A stretch of 63,911 bases of DNA, filler included, from Stramenopiles sp. TOSAG23-6 (taxonomy: Eukaryota): the NCBI GenBank assembly GCA_900128565.1. It is 3 parts of 3 records of this genome, joined end to end, with 100 filler letters (N's around TTAATTAATTAA, not from the genome) between each part and the next. Parts side by side here need not be neighbours in the genome. Positions count along the whole stretch, not along the records: positions 49,021 to 63,911 come from LT636132.1; 2 more parts are not named here. One strand, given 5' to 3'. Each line of letters starts with the position of its first letter. Within the stretch, counting starts at the first letter, position 1. Under the pieces are notes generated by a model. The model saw only the letters and a program-made list of their open reading frames with translations, ran no database searches and was not told the DNA's origin. Shown here in pieces: positions 53,016-63,911 of the stretch. The translations under genes and the position numbers were made by a program.

Positions 53016-55097
53016 TTATGATACTACTTTGATCAAGTTTTTAGGTTTTATACTCAACTGTTTAGAACCATTACCTTCTTGAAATTCAACAATAAATCGA
53101 TCTCTATCTTTATCAAATTTGATTATAGTAGCAACTTTATCATTATGAATACTAGCTTTTTGTAATCCTGTAATTATTCTCTTCATTCCTGCTTCTAATT
53201 TGTGTTTACTTGCTTTACAAGTGTATTTGTGAACTGACTTCCAATGCCCAGATTGACANGCTTTAGAACAATATTGTGTCAAATTACATCCAGAACAAAT
53301 GGACAATTTAACACCAGTCATATTACAAGTGTGACAGTAACTTCTACCAGTCGTAATATTACCATGTGATAATGGTGCAGTTGGTAATGTATTTCTTACT
53401 TTTCTTAGATGTTCCATAAGTTTTTGTTGTCTTTCAATTTCTTTACTATCTGGCTCAGNATATGAACTTTTTAATATAGATGATGTAGCATTCATTTTCA
53501 TTTCAATACGTTGAACGCCAGTCGTTGCAGTTGAAAAGGAACCCAAATTATCAAGAACCCATTTAAAATCATGTAATGAGCCTTTTAAATTGCCCATAGA
53601 TTCTTTTAAACATGCACTATTATACATCAATTCTTTAATAGTATCAACATCTTGCGCAAACAATGAAGCGGTATTAATACTGACTAATGCATCTTCATGT
53701 CGAGGGATTTCCCATTGACATAATCCCATTTTCCTCCAGGCTTGACAACGAATTTCATTTGAGACTTTATCATTTTTATTACCCATTTTATCAATAATTA
53801 ATCGAAAAGATTCAACTGCCCTTTCTAATTCTGCACTGTATTTTACTTTATCACTAGTTACAGCAGGATTTCTTCGATTTTCAAGTGCCTTAATTCCATG
53901 AGATAACAGTTGACGACATTCAGCGTTTAAAGGTGGGATAATTGCTTTTGAATGTTTTATATATATATTCTCCAACCATTCAAGACTACCTGGAACTTCA
54001 TCCCAACATTTTCTGCAATCATTACAATATTCNGACGCCTCAGATTTATCACCTATTTGCATTGACTGTTGACAATCAATAGTTGTTTCCCAATTCAAAA
54101 GATAACTAGGAAGGTAATGATTTTTTGTAATTGCAAAATGTAAAAGGTTGTTTGATTTAGTACAACTACCCGATTTCATGAATGCATAAAGTGCTCTTGT
54201 GTAATTCCATAGAGCAAATATTTCATCTTTATCAAGATCGAATCCAAATTTTGCCTTTATAAACGGACCAACACTTTTTATACCACATTGTTTTGCTAAT
54301 TTTACTAAAAGTAGTTTATGACGCGCACCAAGAGTGTCATGAATATCATTTGCAAGACATTCTTTCAAGAAAATCTCAGCTTCTTCAAGTTCATCAATGG
54401 AGTACAAAACAGAACCAAGAAAATGTAACGCTCGGATATAATATCGAGTAGGTACAAAACTATACAATTGCCCCTTACAAAATGTATCGGCTTGTACAAG
54501 CTGAGCAAAACGTCTACCTGCTTTTACAGCAAGACGTGCAGTTTCTAGAACTTCATGCGTAAGAGGGTCATTTTTCTTCCATACTCCAAAATAGCCTTCA
54601 TTTTGTTGTCCAACTTCATGACAAAGTATCTCTGTACGACAAAAATAAGCACGAGCAGACAAAGGTGAAACTTTCAATGCCTTTTTAATCAAAATTTTGC
54701 GTTTCGATATTATTTCTTTTTCCTTGGAGCGATAGTCTCGCGCTGAAGACTGAAAATTCTGTCCCTTTTCACAAAGTTTCCATGCTTTCATCACGTTAGC
54801 AATCTTTTCACGATCTTTTGCAGATTCAACACGTCTCTTACAAAATTCAAAGTCACTCACTTCAAATATATCCAATTGTGAATAATGCAAATAAAACTCA
54901 GCTCCTTCGTTTCGTGCAAACGTAAACTGAGTTGTCCCTGACCTTGGGTCATATCGTTTTCGAGTAAAGTTTTGAAAATTAGCCTCATAAAAACCTTTAG
55001 CCTTTGAAAAAGCTGTGACGGAGCATCCAGGAATCTGGGGTACTAAACCGTTTAGTTGCGCCAAAACGTGCGTACAAGACATTTGTGAAAGATTCAT
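53016..55097 (-). CDS. TPR/ST7-like helical domain + MYND zinc finger + C-terminal SH3/KOW-like module
   Basis: CHTC...CSGCNLTQYCSKxCQSGHWKSVHKYTC (MYND); DTLGARHKL, YTRALYAF, NHYLPSYLL. Confidence 0.8.
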   Translation of the reverse strand: MNLSQMSCTHVLAQLNGLVPQIPGCSVTAFSKAKGFYEANFQNFTRKRYDPRSGTTQFTFARNEGAEFYLHYSQLDIFEVSDFEFCKRRVESAKDREKIANVMKAWKLCEKGQNFQSSARDYRSKEKEIISKRKILIKKALKVSPLSARAYFCRTEILCHEVGQQNEGYFGVWKKNDPLTHEVLETARLAVKAGRRFAQLVQADTFCKGQLYSFVPTRYYIRALHFLGSVLYSIDELEEAEIFLKECLANDIHDTLGARHKLLLVKLAKQCGIKSVGPFIKAKFGFDLDKDEIFALWNYTRALYAFMKSGSCTKSNNLLHFAITKNHYLPSYLLNWETTIDCQQSMQIGDKSEAXEYCNDCRKCWDEVPGSLEWLENIYIKHSKAIIPPLNAECRQLLSHGIKALENRRNPAVTSDKVKYSAELERAVESFRLIIDKMGNKNDKVSNEIRCQAWRKMGLCQWEIPRHEDALVSINTASLFAQDVDTIKELMYNSACLKESMGNLKGSLHDFKWVLDNLGSFSTATTGVQRIEMKMNATSSILKSSYXEPDSKEIERQQKLMEHLRKVRNTLPTAPLSHGNITTGRSYCHTCNMTGVKLSICSGCNLTQYCSKXCQSGHWKSVHKYTCKASKHKLEAGMKRIITGLQKASIHNDKVATIIKFDKDRDRFIVEFQEGNGSKQLSIKPKNLIKVVS

Positions 55098-55398
55098 ATT
55101 TTTGGAATTGTTATTATTAAAATAATATTAAATTGTATAACATGAACGTGTGGCCAGCAAGGTGATTCTATTCTATTTTATAAATTATAGTATTACCTGA
55201 CGTCGTCGTGTGTGACACGTCACACTGACTCACGCGATTTTTCAGAATTCGAATCATTTTATTATCGTCTCTCTCTCGTCCTCTCTCGTCGTCTTGATTA
55301 AAGTCAAATTGTAATTATCTGTCATTCTCTGATTAAAAAATCTTAAAAAACAGGTACATGTTGTAGATATAAAATATTTATAGTGTATTTACATTAAA

Positions 55399-58300
55399 AT
55401 GAAGCAATATGGTGCCCGACGAGGTTCAATTCGTGGACAGTTTCGTCGTCAGAGCAGTCGAGACACTGTTAGGCAAAGTTCCGTCCCTTCGAAACAAGTT
55501 TTTCTTAATGGCATTGATCGTGTAGCTGAAAAAGCTGCGAAAGCCGATGCCGCTAGACGAGCATTTAAAGCATCCTTTGCTGCCGCTACTATAGCCAATG
55601 AAAATTTACTTGAAGACGACGCGTCTTTGTTACAAAAAAAGGTTGCTAAAAGTAGTTTCCAGTTGTTAGAATCTGGATCTGCAAAGGCTATTCACGATGA
55701 ACTTTATTATTTAATTGAATCTGTACTCAAATCAAAGCGAATTATTACATTACGAAACTGCAGTATGAAGCTACTTCGGTATTTTACAAAACATTTTAAT
55801 GATATTTCAGAGTTGAAAAAGAAAAAAAAAATTTTGAGTTCAATGTATTCTATATCAGTAAAGTTGTGTTCTACTCAGGACGAGCCTTTAGTCCTCTGTG
55901 GCGCAACATTTTCTTGGTATTTGATGAAACAAAATGATAGTTTATGGTCAGTATCACAAGATGCAATAAAGAGTTTATTACAACTTATTGACACTGACAT
56001 GTGTTTATATAAGAAAAAGAATAGTAAAACATTGAAAGAAAAGAAAAAAATATCCATGGTACAAAGTCCTAACGGGGAAATTCTCCCCTATACAAATCGT
56101 ATTCATAAATTACTTGCCCACATCCAAAAAAAAGATCACAAGAAATTATCAAATTCACAATGTCATACAAAATTTGATATTTTTATTTGTTTTGATTCAC
56201 AATATAAGAAAAAGAAAAAAAATCTTGATATATTTGATAGTAATAGTGATAGTGTATCAGAAAATTCTAGTGCATCAGATGAAGATGACTATAATTCTAG
56301 TGTANCCAATGATGCAGAGTATAACAAAAATAACAAAAATAACAAAAATGAAAGTACAACATTTGAATCAACACCTTTATATTGTAAAGTGGCTTTAAGT
56401 GCATTGATTAGTTTAGTGTCTACATCAAATAAATTTGTTGAGAATTTTGATGACTGTAAAACACAGGTTTCAAACCCTAACCCTAATACTTCCACAACAT
56501 CTATGAAAATGAAATCATCAACATTAAAAATGGAAACTTCAATTAGTAATGTCTATCAATTACAACGAATATTACATGAAAATAAAGCAGCATTTGTCAT
56601 TGCAAAACGTTTAGAAAAAGTTCAAACAAAAGAATTTGATGTGGCACAAACATGTTTGAAACTTTTAGAGCATGTAACATTTCCCACTTTACAGTCAAAA
56701 TTAGAGAAAAAACAAGGAAATAATAATAGTAATAATGAGCAAATCAGATGTTCAAAAACTATTTTTACACCTGTAATGAATGTTTTTCAAAAATCGTGTA
56801 AAGATCTTCAAAGTATTCAATGTATTGGTGATGAAAAATGTATTGGTGATGAAAAAAAAAATGAAAATATTTCTTGGGAATTGTTATTAGCAACTGGAAG
56901 AATTCTAGTAAATATAACACATAGATGTCCAGAAATAGTTAAATTGTTTTCTGTATCAAAAGGTATAGAAATAGTTATGCATTTTCTATTACCTCAATTA
57001 TTATCAACTCTTGGTGATCTAGAATATCATAACAGGTCTGTCCATTTTGATAGTATTGTTATATTATTATGTTTGGTCACTAATTGTGTAGAATATGATT
57101 TGGATAATAGAAAATTTGTAGGTGAAATTTGTCTTTCATTATCCCCAATTCTTTTACAAAATATCAAAGACATGACTACAAACAGTAATGAAATAAAAAC
57201 ATATAAAAAATGTCCTAATTCATCGAATACGGCGTGGATATTGACACGTGTCACTGTGTTATTAGCGAAACGATTAGGTGTATGGTATCCTTTAGGTGTA
57301 CCGGGTAATTCAGATACAGTTCATGAAAATATTGATACAGAAGGATTAATTATTTTAGCACATACCTGTCTTCTTATTGGATGTTTAGTTGATGGATGTG
57401 TACAAAACAAAGAAGCTGTGTTGTGTGCACTTCCAAATAATACACGAAATCATAAAAATGATAAAAATGTAGATTGTCCAACTTTACCCATTCAATGTAT
57501 TTTAGTTGCATTTGTTAGACTTCAAGTATCAGTTGGTGTTTTAACTAAAGAAGCTGTNACTGCTATTGAACATATTTTATTCGTTTTACAATCAATTTCA
57601 CCAAATAAGAAAATGCAAANAAAAACGAAACCGTCCTTACCATCAAATGATGAAATTCTTCAAAAATCACAAAAATTAGCAAATGAAAAACATGAAAATA
57701 GTAATGTACAACAATGCAATTCTAGTATGAATGAATATATGAGTGAAAGTGAGTGTTCAAAATCTCCATGGAAAAAAGCTGCTGCAATTCGTGCTAGTTC
57801 CTTCTCATCGATAAAAAGTATGAAACATTTAAAAATGCCAGAGTCATGGGATGATAATTTATGTCCAAATGACACAAATAATAATGGTGTTAATGTATAT
57901 CCAAATGACACAAATATGTTACTTATGATGGAACATGAAGAGGAGATTAAAAAAAAGAAACCAAATCAAAATTCATTATTTCATAGTATTACATTGGGAA
58001 ATAGTTTNAAAAAAAATGATAAAACACGAAATAGTCCAAACAAAAAACGAAATAGTCCAAACAAAAAACGAAATAGTCCAGGGAAAGCGATTTCTATGGC
58101 TCGTGCGATAATGTCTCGAAATAATCGATCTGAAAATACAATAGAAGAAAACCATCTTAAATTTGTAGACATTCGAAATTCAGATATACAAACTACTGCG
58201 AGTTCAATAAAATGGTCAGGTCAAAATTCATATTTAGAGAAATTAAGAAAATTATCAACACAAAAATCTGTTTCTTCTTTTTCTTTACGTAAAAACACAA

Positions 58301-58752
58301 CGAAATTAATATTACAAAAAAATCGTCAAAACACCAAGAAAAGAAAAAAAAAAAAAAAAGAAAAGAGTGAAAATTTTACATTTCCTCCTCTTTTTATGAA
58401 TGAATCCCCTAACCCTATTGTAAATTACGACACTGCAGAGGTTATATCATCATATAGCGATGAACCTTTTTTGAAAACAAACGTTTCAATGTCTTCTAAT
58501 GAACAACAAAAAAGTACAAAAGTACAAAAAACAAACCAAAAAAAACAGAAAAGAAATCATTCTCAAGAGATTNCGACATTTGATAATACNANACAGAAAA
58601 GAGCGAAACATGAAACTAAAACAAAACAACAAAAAAAACAAAAAAAAAAAAAAACGTATGGTCGGATAAATCGAAAAAAGAATAGTACGAAAGATTCCTC
58701 AAGTGAGGATGATGACGATTTCATTTTTTTTTNAAAGAAAATTTCCAAATAA
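55399..58752 (+). CDS. WAPL: WAPL-like cohesin release factor
   Basis: LLESGSAKAIHDELYYLIE, RILVNITH, LCLVTNCVEYDLDNR and LLIGCLV match the WAPL HEAT domain pattern. Confidence 0.7.
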   Translation: MKQYGARRGSIRGQFRRQSSRDTVRQSSVPSKQVFLNGIDRVAEKAAKADAARRAFKASFAAATIANENLLEDDASLLQKKVAKSSFQLLESGSAKAIHDELYYLIESVLKSKRIITLRNCSMKLLRYFTKHFNDISELKKKKKILSSMYSISVKLCSTQDEPLVLCGATFSWYLMKQNDSLWSVSQDAIKSLLQLIDTDMCLYKKKNSKTLKEKKKISMVQSPNGEILPYTNRIHKLLAHIQKKDHKKLSNSQCHTKFDIFICFDSQYKKKKKNLDIFDSNSDSVSENSSASDEDDYNSSVXNDAEYNKNNKNNKNESTTFESTPLYCKVALSALISLVSTSNKFVENFDDCKTQVSNPNPNTSTTSMKMKSSTLKMETSISNVYQLQRILHENKAAFVIAKRLEKVQTKEFDVAQTCLKLLEHVTFPTLQSKLEKKQGNNNSNNEQIRCSKTIFTPVMNVFQKSCKDLQSIQCIGDEKCIGDEKKNENISWELLLATGRILVNITHRCPEIVKLFSVSKGIEIVMHFLLPQLLSTLGDLEYHNRSVHFDSIVILLCLVTNCVEYDLDNRKFVGEICLSLSPILLQNIKDMTTNSNEIKTYKKCPNSSNTAWILTRVTVLLAKRLGVWYPLGVPGNSDTVHENIDTEGLIILAHTCLLIGCLVDGCVQNKEAVLCALPNNTRNHKNDKNVDCPTLPIQCILVAFVRLQVSVGVLTKEAXTAIEHILFVLQSISPNKKMQXKTKPSLPSNDEILQKSQKLANEKHENSNVQQCNSSMNEYMSESECSKSPWKKAAAIRASSFSSIKSMKHLKMPESWDDNLCPNDTNNNGVNVYPNDTNMLLMMEHEEEIKKKKPNQNSLFHSITLGNSXKKNDKTRNSPNKKRNSPNKKRNSPGKAISMARAIMSRNNRSENTIEENHLKFVDIRNSDIQTTASSIKWSGQNSYLEKLRKLSTQKSVSSFSLRKNTTKLILQKNRQNTKKRKKKKKEKSENFTFPPLFMNESPNPIVNYDTAEVISSYSDEPFLKTNVSMSSNEQQKSTKVQKTNQKKQKRNHSQEIXTFDNXXQKRAKHETKTKQQKKQKKKKTYGRINRKKNSTKDSSSEDDDDFIFFXKKISK

Positions 58753-58783
58753 TTTTTCAAATAATAAGGTTTTTTTTTTATTA

Positions 58784-61231
58784 TTACATCAAATCATTTT
58801 CCTCTTGTAACATATCAAATGCTTGATCTTCTGTAACTGCACCTTCATTGACAAGATTTTCTAAATCTCGAGTTAAACTTTGAGAATTTACCATTTTCAT
58901 AGCTGATGAGACTCTTTTAAACGATTCAGATGATTTTTTTGATTTGTTTGATTTTGAAGATGATTTTTTACCGATTGAGAAATTTCTATATCTCTTCTTG
59001 CTAAATTATCTAAAGCAATAGAATCATTTTTTTTAAAAAGTAAAAATTTCTTTTGAGCACGAAATGCATTGTGAAGCTGTAAAGTCTCGCGCGTTCCACC
59101 TTTTGCATTTGTACTTGAACTAAGTGCATATATACCAGTAACATCAAAGTGTATAAGATTTTGTTCAGCCCAGACACTAACATTTTTATAAGGCACACGA
59201 ATTTTTAATGTAGCCCGGTCACCAAATTCATTTTTAGCAACTAAAACATCAAATTCAGTAAATATTAAAATTCGATTTCTTTCACGACCAACACGATCTT
59301 CCTTTTTTCCTGTATATAATTTCCAATTTTCTGTAATGTTTTCGTTTTTACAAACCTTTTCTAATTTTCGTAAATCAAATGATGTACCCGGTCCCAGATT
59401 TTCGGGTAAAATTGTAAGATATCTTTTTTTTCTAGCTAATCGATCTGCGATTGACTTTACATTAGAAAAATTTGAATTATTATTTTGAGACTTACTTTGA
59501 CGTTTTGATACGTGTAAACGATCTAATAATTCATCATTCTTTGCATTTAAATTTTCATTCTGTTGTATCAAATTAGAATTCTTTTGTTTTGTTTGTAGCA
59601 AAATAGTACGACTTTTATCCAAAGTGTCTTGTAAATTCTTAATTTGGGCATTTAATGAAAGAATATTTTCTTTCATATTAGCATGAACACCACGTGCATG
59701 ATCAAGTTTTTTTTTCATAATTTTGAACAACAGAATTTGGAGATGTACTTGATTCCATTTTTTCCTTATTAAAATTATTTTTTTCTTGATGAAGTTGTTT
59801 TGTTAAGTCAGAAATTTTTTGATTTTGTAACTTCGCATTCTCAGCATTTTTTTTTGCAATTTTTTGAATTCGGGTTTTTTCTCGATCCATTGCTTCTTTT
59901 GCTTTACGCATCTTTTCACGAACAAGATCAATTTGTTTTTCTTTTTTACTAATCATCATTAATTTCACTTTTATTTCACGGGCTTGTTTAGCATCACTTT
60001 CTTCATCATCTTTTAATGTTTCATATTTTTCCATTTTGTTTTTCATTTCTTTTATTTTTTCAATGTTTTGTTTTGAATTTTGTGTTTCTTGCTTTAATTT
60101 TTGTTGCAAATTACGCAAAAATTCTTTTGCTTTTTTGAGATCGTCTTTAGATGTCTTTGTGACGTCATCTAAACGAGTTTTCCATGACTGGATTTCGTGT
60201 TTTTGTTGTTCTTTCATTGTATCGATTAAAGCATTACATTTTTTGACTTGGTCCTTCAATGTTTGAATTTCTTCATCTTTCTGACGAATATCTCGAGTAT
60301 TTTTATTTTGTTTATTTTCTGCTTGTACAGTAAAATTTTGAAATTTTGTCTCAAGTTGCTCAACAGTCATTTTGTGATTTGTTTGTAAATCATAAATTGC
60401 TTTCGCTTTTCCTTCCCCAGCAGAGGATAAAGCTACTGCCATTTCTTTCGAGTGCTGTTTTTTTAAACTTTGAATTTCAATATCATGTTGATTCTTTAGA
60501 TCAAGGATACTTTTATGTAAAGAATCATTGGTAGACTCTAATTCTGAAATACGAGCACGAAGAATATTTAACTCTTTTTCGTTCATTTTGTTGGTTTCAT
60601 TGACTCTTTTGTGTAATTCATCTTCGAAAAACATTCTACTGGCTGCCGCTTCTTCTTCTAAAGCAGCTTTATATGCTTCCATGGAAAATATATCATTTGT
60701 ATCATCATCTTCTGGAAAAGGTGAAAACTCTTCTGTTGCTGTACTAAAAGCACCGACTTTTGCACCAGATCCAACACCTTCGCCGTCAACAGTAATAGCC
60801 CGTTTAATTCGTTCAATAATATTTTCGGCCGATAAATCATCTATACCATGACAACGTACACGTAAACTAAAAGGTCGAATAAGGTCTAATAGTTTACTTT
60901 CAACACCATTCAAACGACCACGTTTCACAGCACCAACAGAATTTCCCACATACCAAATGCCAATCCACTTTGTACGCCGGAAGCGACCAGTTCCGAATCC
61001 CATTCGAAGTAAACCAAACATGACTCTGTCATCAACTACATGTTCACACATTTCATCGACACTTAGACTTCCAGCATTCACAAGACGCATAGCTCCGCCT
61101 TTTGCAGTATCCTGGTTTGCAGTAAAAAGTACCCAATTAAAGGGGCCAATTGTTTCATGAACGTAGCCCAAGGCTTTGCGTGGGTCAAATGATGGATCAA
61201 TGTTACACGCTAATGGGGGAGCGCTTGACAT
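58784..61231 (-). CDS. ADF-H (coactosin-like) + long coiled-coil + PH-like protein, split by two homopolymer frameshifts
   Basis: NWVLF...VMFGLLRM...RTKWIGIWYVG (ADF-H). Frames switch at poly-A runs near 59710 and 58935-58970, and a third frame ends ...QEENDLM*. Confidence 0.7.
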
Positions 61232-61470
61232 CTTTAATGCAGTAATAATAAAAAAGAAAATACACGCTTAAATTGTTATTATTACAATGCAAACAAATAA
61301 TCAATTTCAAACAATCAAATAGATTGAATTCGAATTCCTCTTTTTGTCTCTCTCTCTCTACACAGAAAACCAACTGGCGATCGACGACCAGTATTTAGTA
61401 CACGAAATCAGGCAATTTTTGCTGACTCGATTTTTCAATTATTAAACAAAAAACCGAGGAAAACAAATAT

Positions 61471-62703
61471 TTATCTTCTACAGCAATAACAAGAACCTTT
61501 TTTTTTTGTCTTTGGTTTTACACTTTTGGGATATAATTTATCGGAGTGCTCGAAATCGATCAAATTTACGTTCTTTAAAAGTCCATCAGGTATTAATCCT
61601 GACAAACCTGTTTCATTTACGTGAAGTGTTGTCAGATGTTCCAAATTACTAAAGGAATTTGGAATTTGACCAACAATATCTTGGTTTCCCGTGATGATGA
61701 ACTGTTTTAACTCTACTAAACCCCCAAATTCAGACGGTATTTCACCCTTTAATTGATTCCATGATACTGAAAAATAGCGTAATTCAGTTAATTGGGTAAC
61801 TTTTGTTGGTAATATTCCAGTTAGTTGGTTTCCATGAAAGCAAAGGGCCCTCAACTTTGAAGATAAAACAGGTAAATTACCATATATTTCATTATCATTG
61901 AAAAATAATGATTCAACAGCCTTCAGTAATGTAAAAGTATTGGGTGGTATTGTACCATGTAAATTATTGCTGGGCAGATTAATGGATACAACATGACCAT
62001 TGATACACGAAATACCAAACCAGTCACAAATATTTGATTCCAAACATTTTTTTGTTAAAGGTTTGCTCAAATCAATTTGTCTAGCACAGTTATTCCATCC
62101 TGTATTATCGACCCACTTTTCACCATTTGTAAAATGGAATAGTCCAATAAGAGACCGTTTTTCATTGTATTTACATTGGTTCGTACCAAAACTACCCCAC
62201 GACACTTCACAGTCGCAATTATTTGTGTGTACATTGCAGACTCCGTGTCCATTACAATCTTCATCTTTACATGCCGTAATATCACATGATTTACCCCACC
62301 AGCCACGATAACAATGACATCGCTTCTGTCTAATACCTTGAATAAGTAGGGTATTACTTAAGCGACAAGCTCCTCGCGAATTACACGGTTCTTGGTATTG
62401 TGACGTACTTCGACTTATTCCTGTATCGTAATCTACAGTACATTCATCAGTGATAGTATCAATAGAATCTATACCAGGGAAACAAATTGGCATATTACTA
62501 GTGATACACTGAAGACATTTTTCATCTTGCAAATACTGGGCGCAACAGATTGTTTTTGGGCACGTGCAGCTGCCGATCATTGGGTCGCAGTTAATTTCAG
62601 GTTTTGCATTCTTTTCTTTAATTTCAGCTGATAGCAGTCCTGGAACTACTGATGCACCATCTACTGAATAAACTATAAAAATGAAGCAGAAAAATAGTTG
62701 CAT
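61471..62703 (-). CDS. secreted EGF-repeat + plant-type LRR protein
   Basis: Signal peptide MQLFFCFIFIV; CNGHGVC...CDC; CDWFGISC cap; LPSNNLHGTIP, NQLKGEIPSEFG. Confidence 0.85.
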   Translation of the reverse strand: MQLFFCFIFIVYSVDGASVVPGLLSAEIKEKNAKPEINCDPMIGSCTCPKTICCAQYLQDEKCLQCITSNMPICFPGIDSIDTITDECTVDYDTGISRSTSQYQEPCNSRGACRLSNTLLIQGIRQKRCHCYRGWWGKSCDITACKDEDCNGHGVCNVHTNNCDCEVSWGSFGTNQCKYNEKRSLIGLFHFTNGEKWVDNTGWNNCARQIDLSKPLTKKCLESNICDWFGISCINGHVVSINLPSNNLHGTIPPNTFTLLKAVESLFFNDNEIYGNLPVLSSKLRALCFHGNQLTGILPTKVTQLTELRYFSVSWNQLKGEIPSEFGGLVELKQFIITGNQDIVGQIPNSFSNLEHLTTLHVNETGLSGLIPDGLLKNVNLIDFEHSDKLYPKSVKPKTKKKGSCYCCRR

Positions 62704-63188
62704 GTTAATTTTGATGCTTTTGTGGTACACTGTGTTTCTTTCTTTCAATGTATTATGTAAGAGAATCTCTTTAGTAGGCTAATAATAGCCTAATACCTGT
62801 ACTATGGTAGGGAAAGGTGATAACAAAAAATGTCAAATTGATATAAGGTTACCTGGTAACAGGATAGAGTCGTTTTTTCTGTGACACACACGCTTGTCCT
62901 CTACACATAATTCGATAACACTCAATAAGTGTTGCAAGTTACCAACATATAGCAGTAGTACAATTGGTGAATATCATTTATTGAGTTGTACTTGCGCTGT
63001 GTACTTATTTTTGGCGTATACTATACTTAGTTAAGCGCAGCAGATCATTAAATATAGAGAAGTAGTTATAGCCTTTCAGTTTCATTTTGACTATTCTGAA
63101 CTACAGTAATAATGTTCACAACATCTCGCTACTATATTCGCCCTAGTGTATTAATTAGATCAAAACGCTGGTATTCTTTATCACGTAC

Positions 63189-63911
63189 ATGTCAAACAAA
63201 AAAAAATGGTGATGTGCCTGCAAAATTGACTACACCAAAGTCTACTACACCAAAGTCTACTACAACAAAGTCTACTACAACCAACGCTACTTCGAAATTT
63301 AGTAGAAAAGTTTTGAGTACTTCAGGTCAAAGTAGAATCGCAAAGGAAGCCAAAAAGAAAGTAGACGAGTTTTCTTCACAAATACCAAAGGTATCTAATT
63401 ATGTAGGTCAATATCCTCGCCCAAATCCACCGACTACATTTGGTCAACTTTCGAATCCGTTCCAAAATGAAATACAGTCAAAAAAAGGAAATCCTGGACA
63501 TGGTTCACGTTTTGATATTTTTACTTCTGGTAGAAATCCAACAACAAAAGCAAAAAACAAAAAAAATGTAAATCAAATAAAAAGTGTGAATGATTATAAC
63601 CGAGATATGTCAGAAACTTTGCATACAAATAACTATAACCCAATCTATAGTCGTGTTGGACGAAAAACACGAAATGAACCACCCTATGTCGGTGTATTGG
63701 ACATATGGAGACAAATGGCAGTAGATCAAATTAAACCAAATATTTACACGTATAATTTAATGTTTCGCGCTTGTTCTGTTGCTGAATTAGCAAAGGATAC
63801 TTTTTATTACCATGGAGCTCAAGATGAACTCAAATTTGAAAAAATATATAATAAATTAAAGAATTCAGGTTTACTGCTGAATGTGGACACATACCAACAA
63901 ATGATACGTTG
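63189..63911 (+). CDS. pentatricopeptide repeat protein, 3'-partial, probable frameshift in the A-run near 63200
   Basis: The open frame from ~63205 encodes VLDIWRQMAVDQIKPNIYTYNLMFRACS and KLKNSGLLLNVDTYQQMIR; the ATG at 63189 is one frame off. Confidence 0.7.

Noticed and set aside
56099-56208. Possible additional family intron in WAPL (TCATACAAAATTTG...TTCACAATATAAG)
   Set aside because: No GTAYGTTT 5' motif and the frame is open; the similarity may be chance in AT-rich sequence.
56473-56486. Telomere-like (CCCTAA)2 tracts (also ~11025, ~38155, ~58406)
   Set aside because: Only two units each, inside CDSs, encoding Asn-Pro repeats.
58784-59730. Programmed frameshifting or pseudogenisation in the ADF-H gene (and at the PPR start)
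   Set aside because: The shifts coincide with long poly-A runs in a scaffold with many n calls; sequencing or consensus error is more parsimonious.
1-63911. Alternative genetic code as an explanation for the split ORFs
   Set aside because: Conserved genes end normally at TAA, TAG or TGA, and the splits are explained by introns or homopolymer errors.

Overview
AT-rich, gene-dense eukaryotic DNA, inferred to come from a flagellated protist (CFAP300; possibly a stramenopile). Three unrelated scaffolds are joined by artificial N44-TTAATTAATTAA-N44 linkers: 1-24425, 24526-48920 and 49021-63911. The middle scaffold is an exact 12-kb mirror around a 241-N gap and is probably an assembly artefact. 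Recognisable genes include DEGS1, DOLPP1, a FAIM-PX protein, an LRR-TPR-PDZ protein, a CDPK-like kinase, CFAP300, GrpE, a THEM4-like thioesterase, a COG0523 GTPase, WAPL, an ADF-H protein and a PPR protein. Main discovery 1: all 10 distinct introns I could find share one architecture, and none of the 8 visible 3' ends is AG. They start GTAYG/GTTCG and end at ...TATTTTTCACAATACAT-like sequences, giving GT-AT (equivalently a non-U12 AT-AC register). They often have a 2-bp AT duplication and GTA...TAC inverted ends, and two copies in unrelated genes are 52/53 nt identical. This looks like an introner-type family with non-canonical splicing. Main discovery 2: a 6.17-kb element bounded by 22-bp perfect inverted repeats carries a RAG1/Transib/Chapaev-like DDE transposase, tail-to-tail with a Cys-rich partner ORF and separated from it by a 26-bp perfect hairpin.
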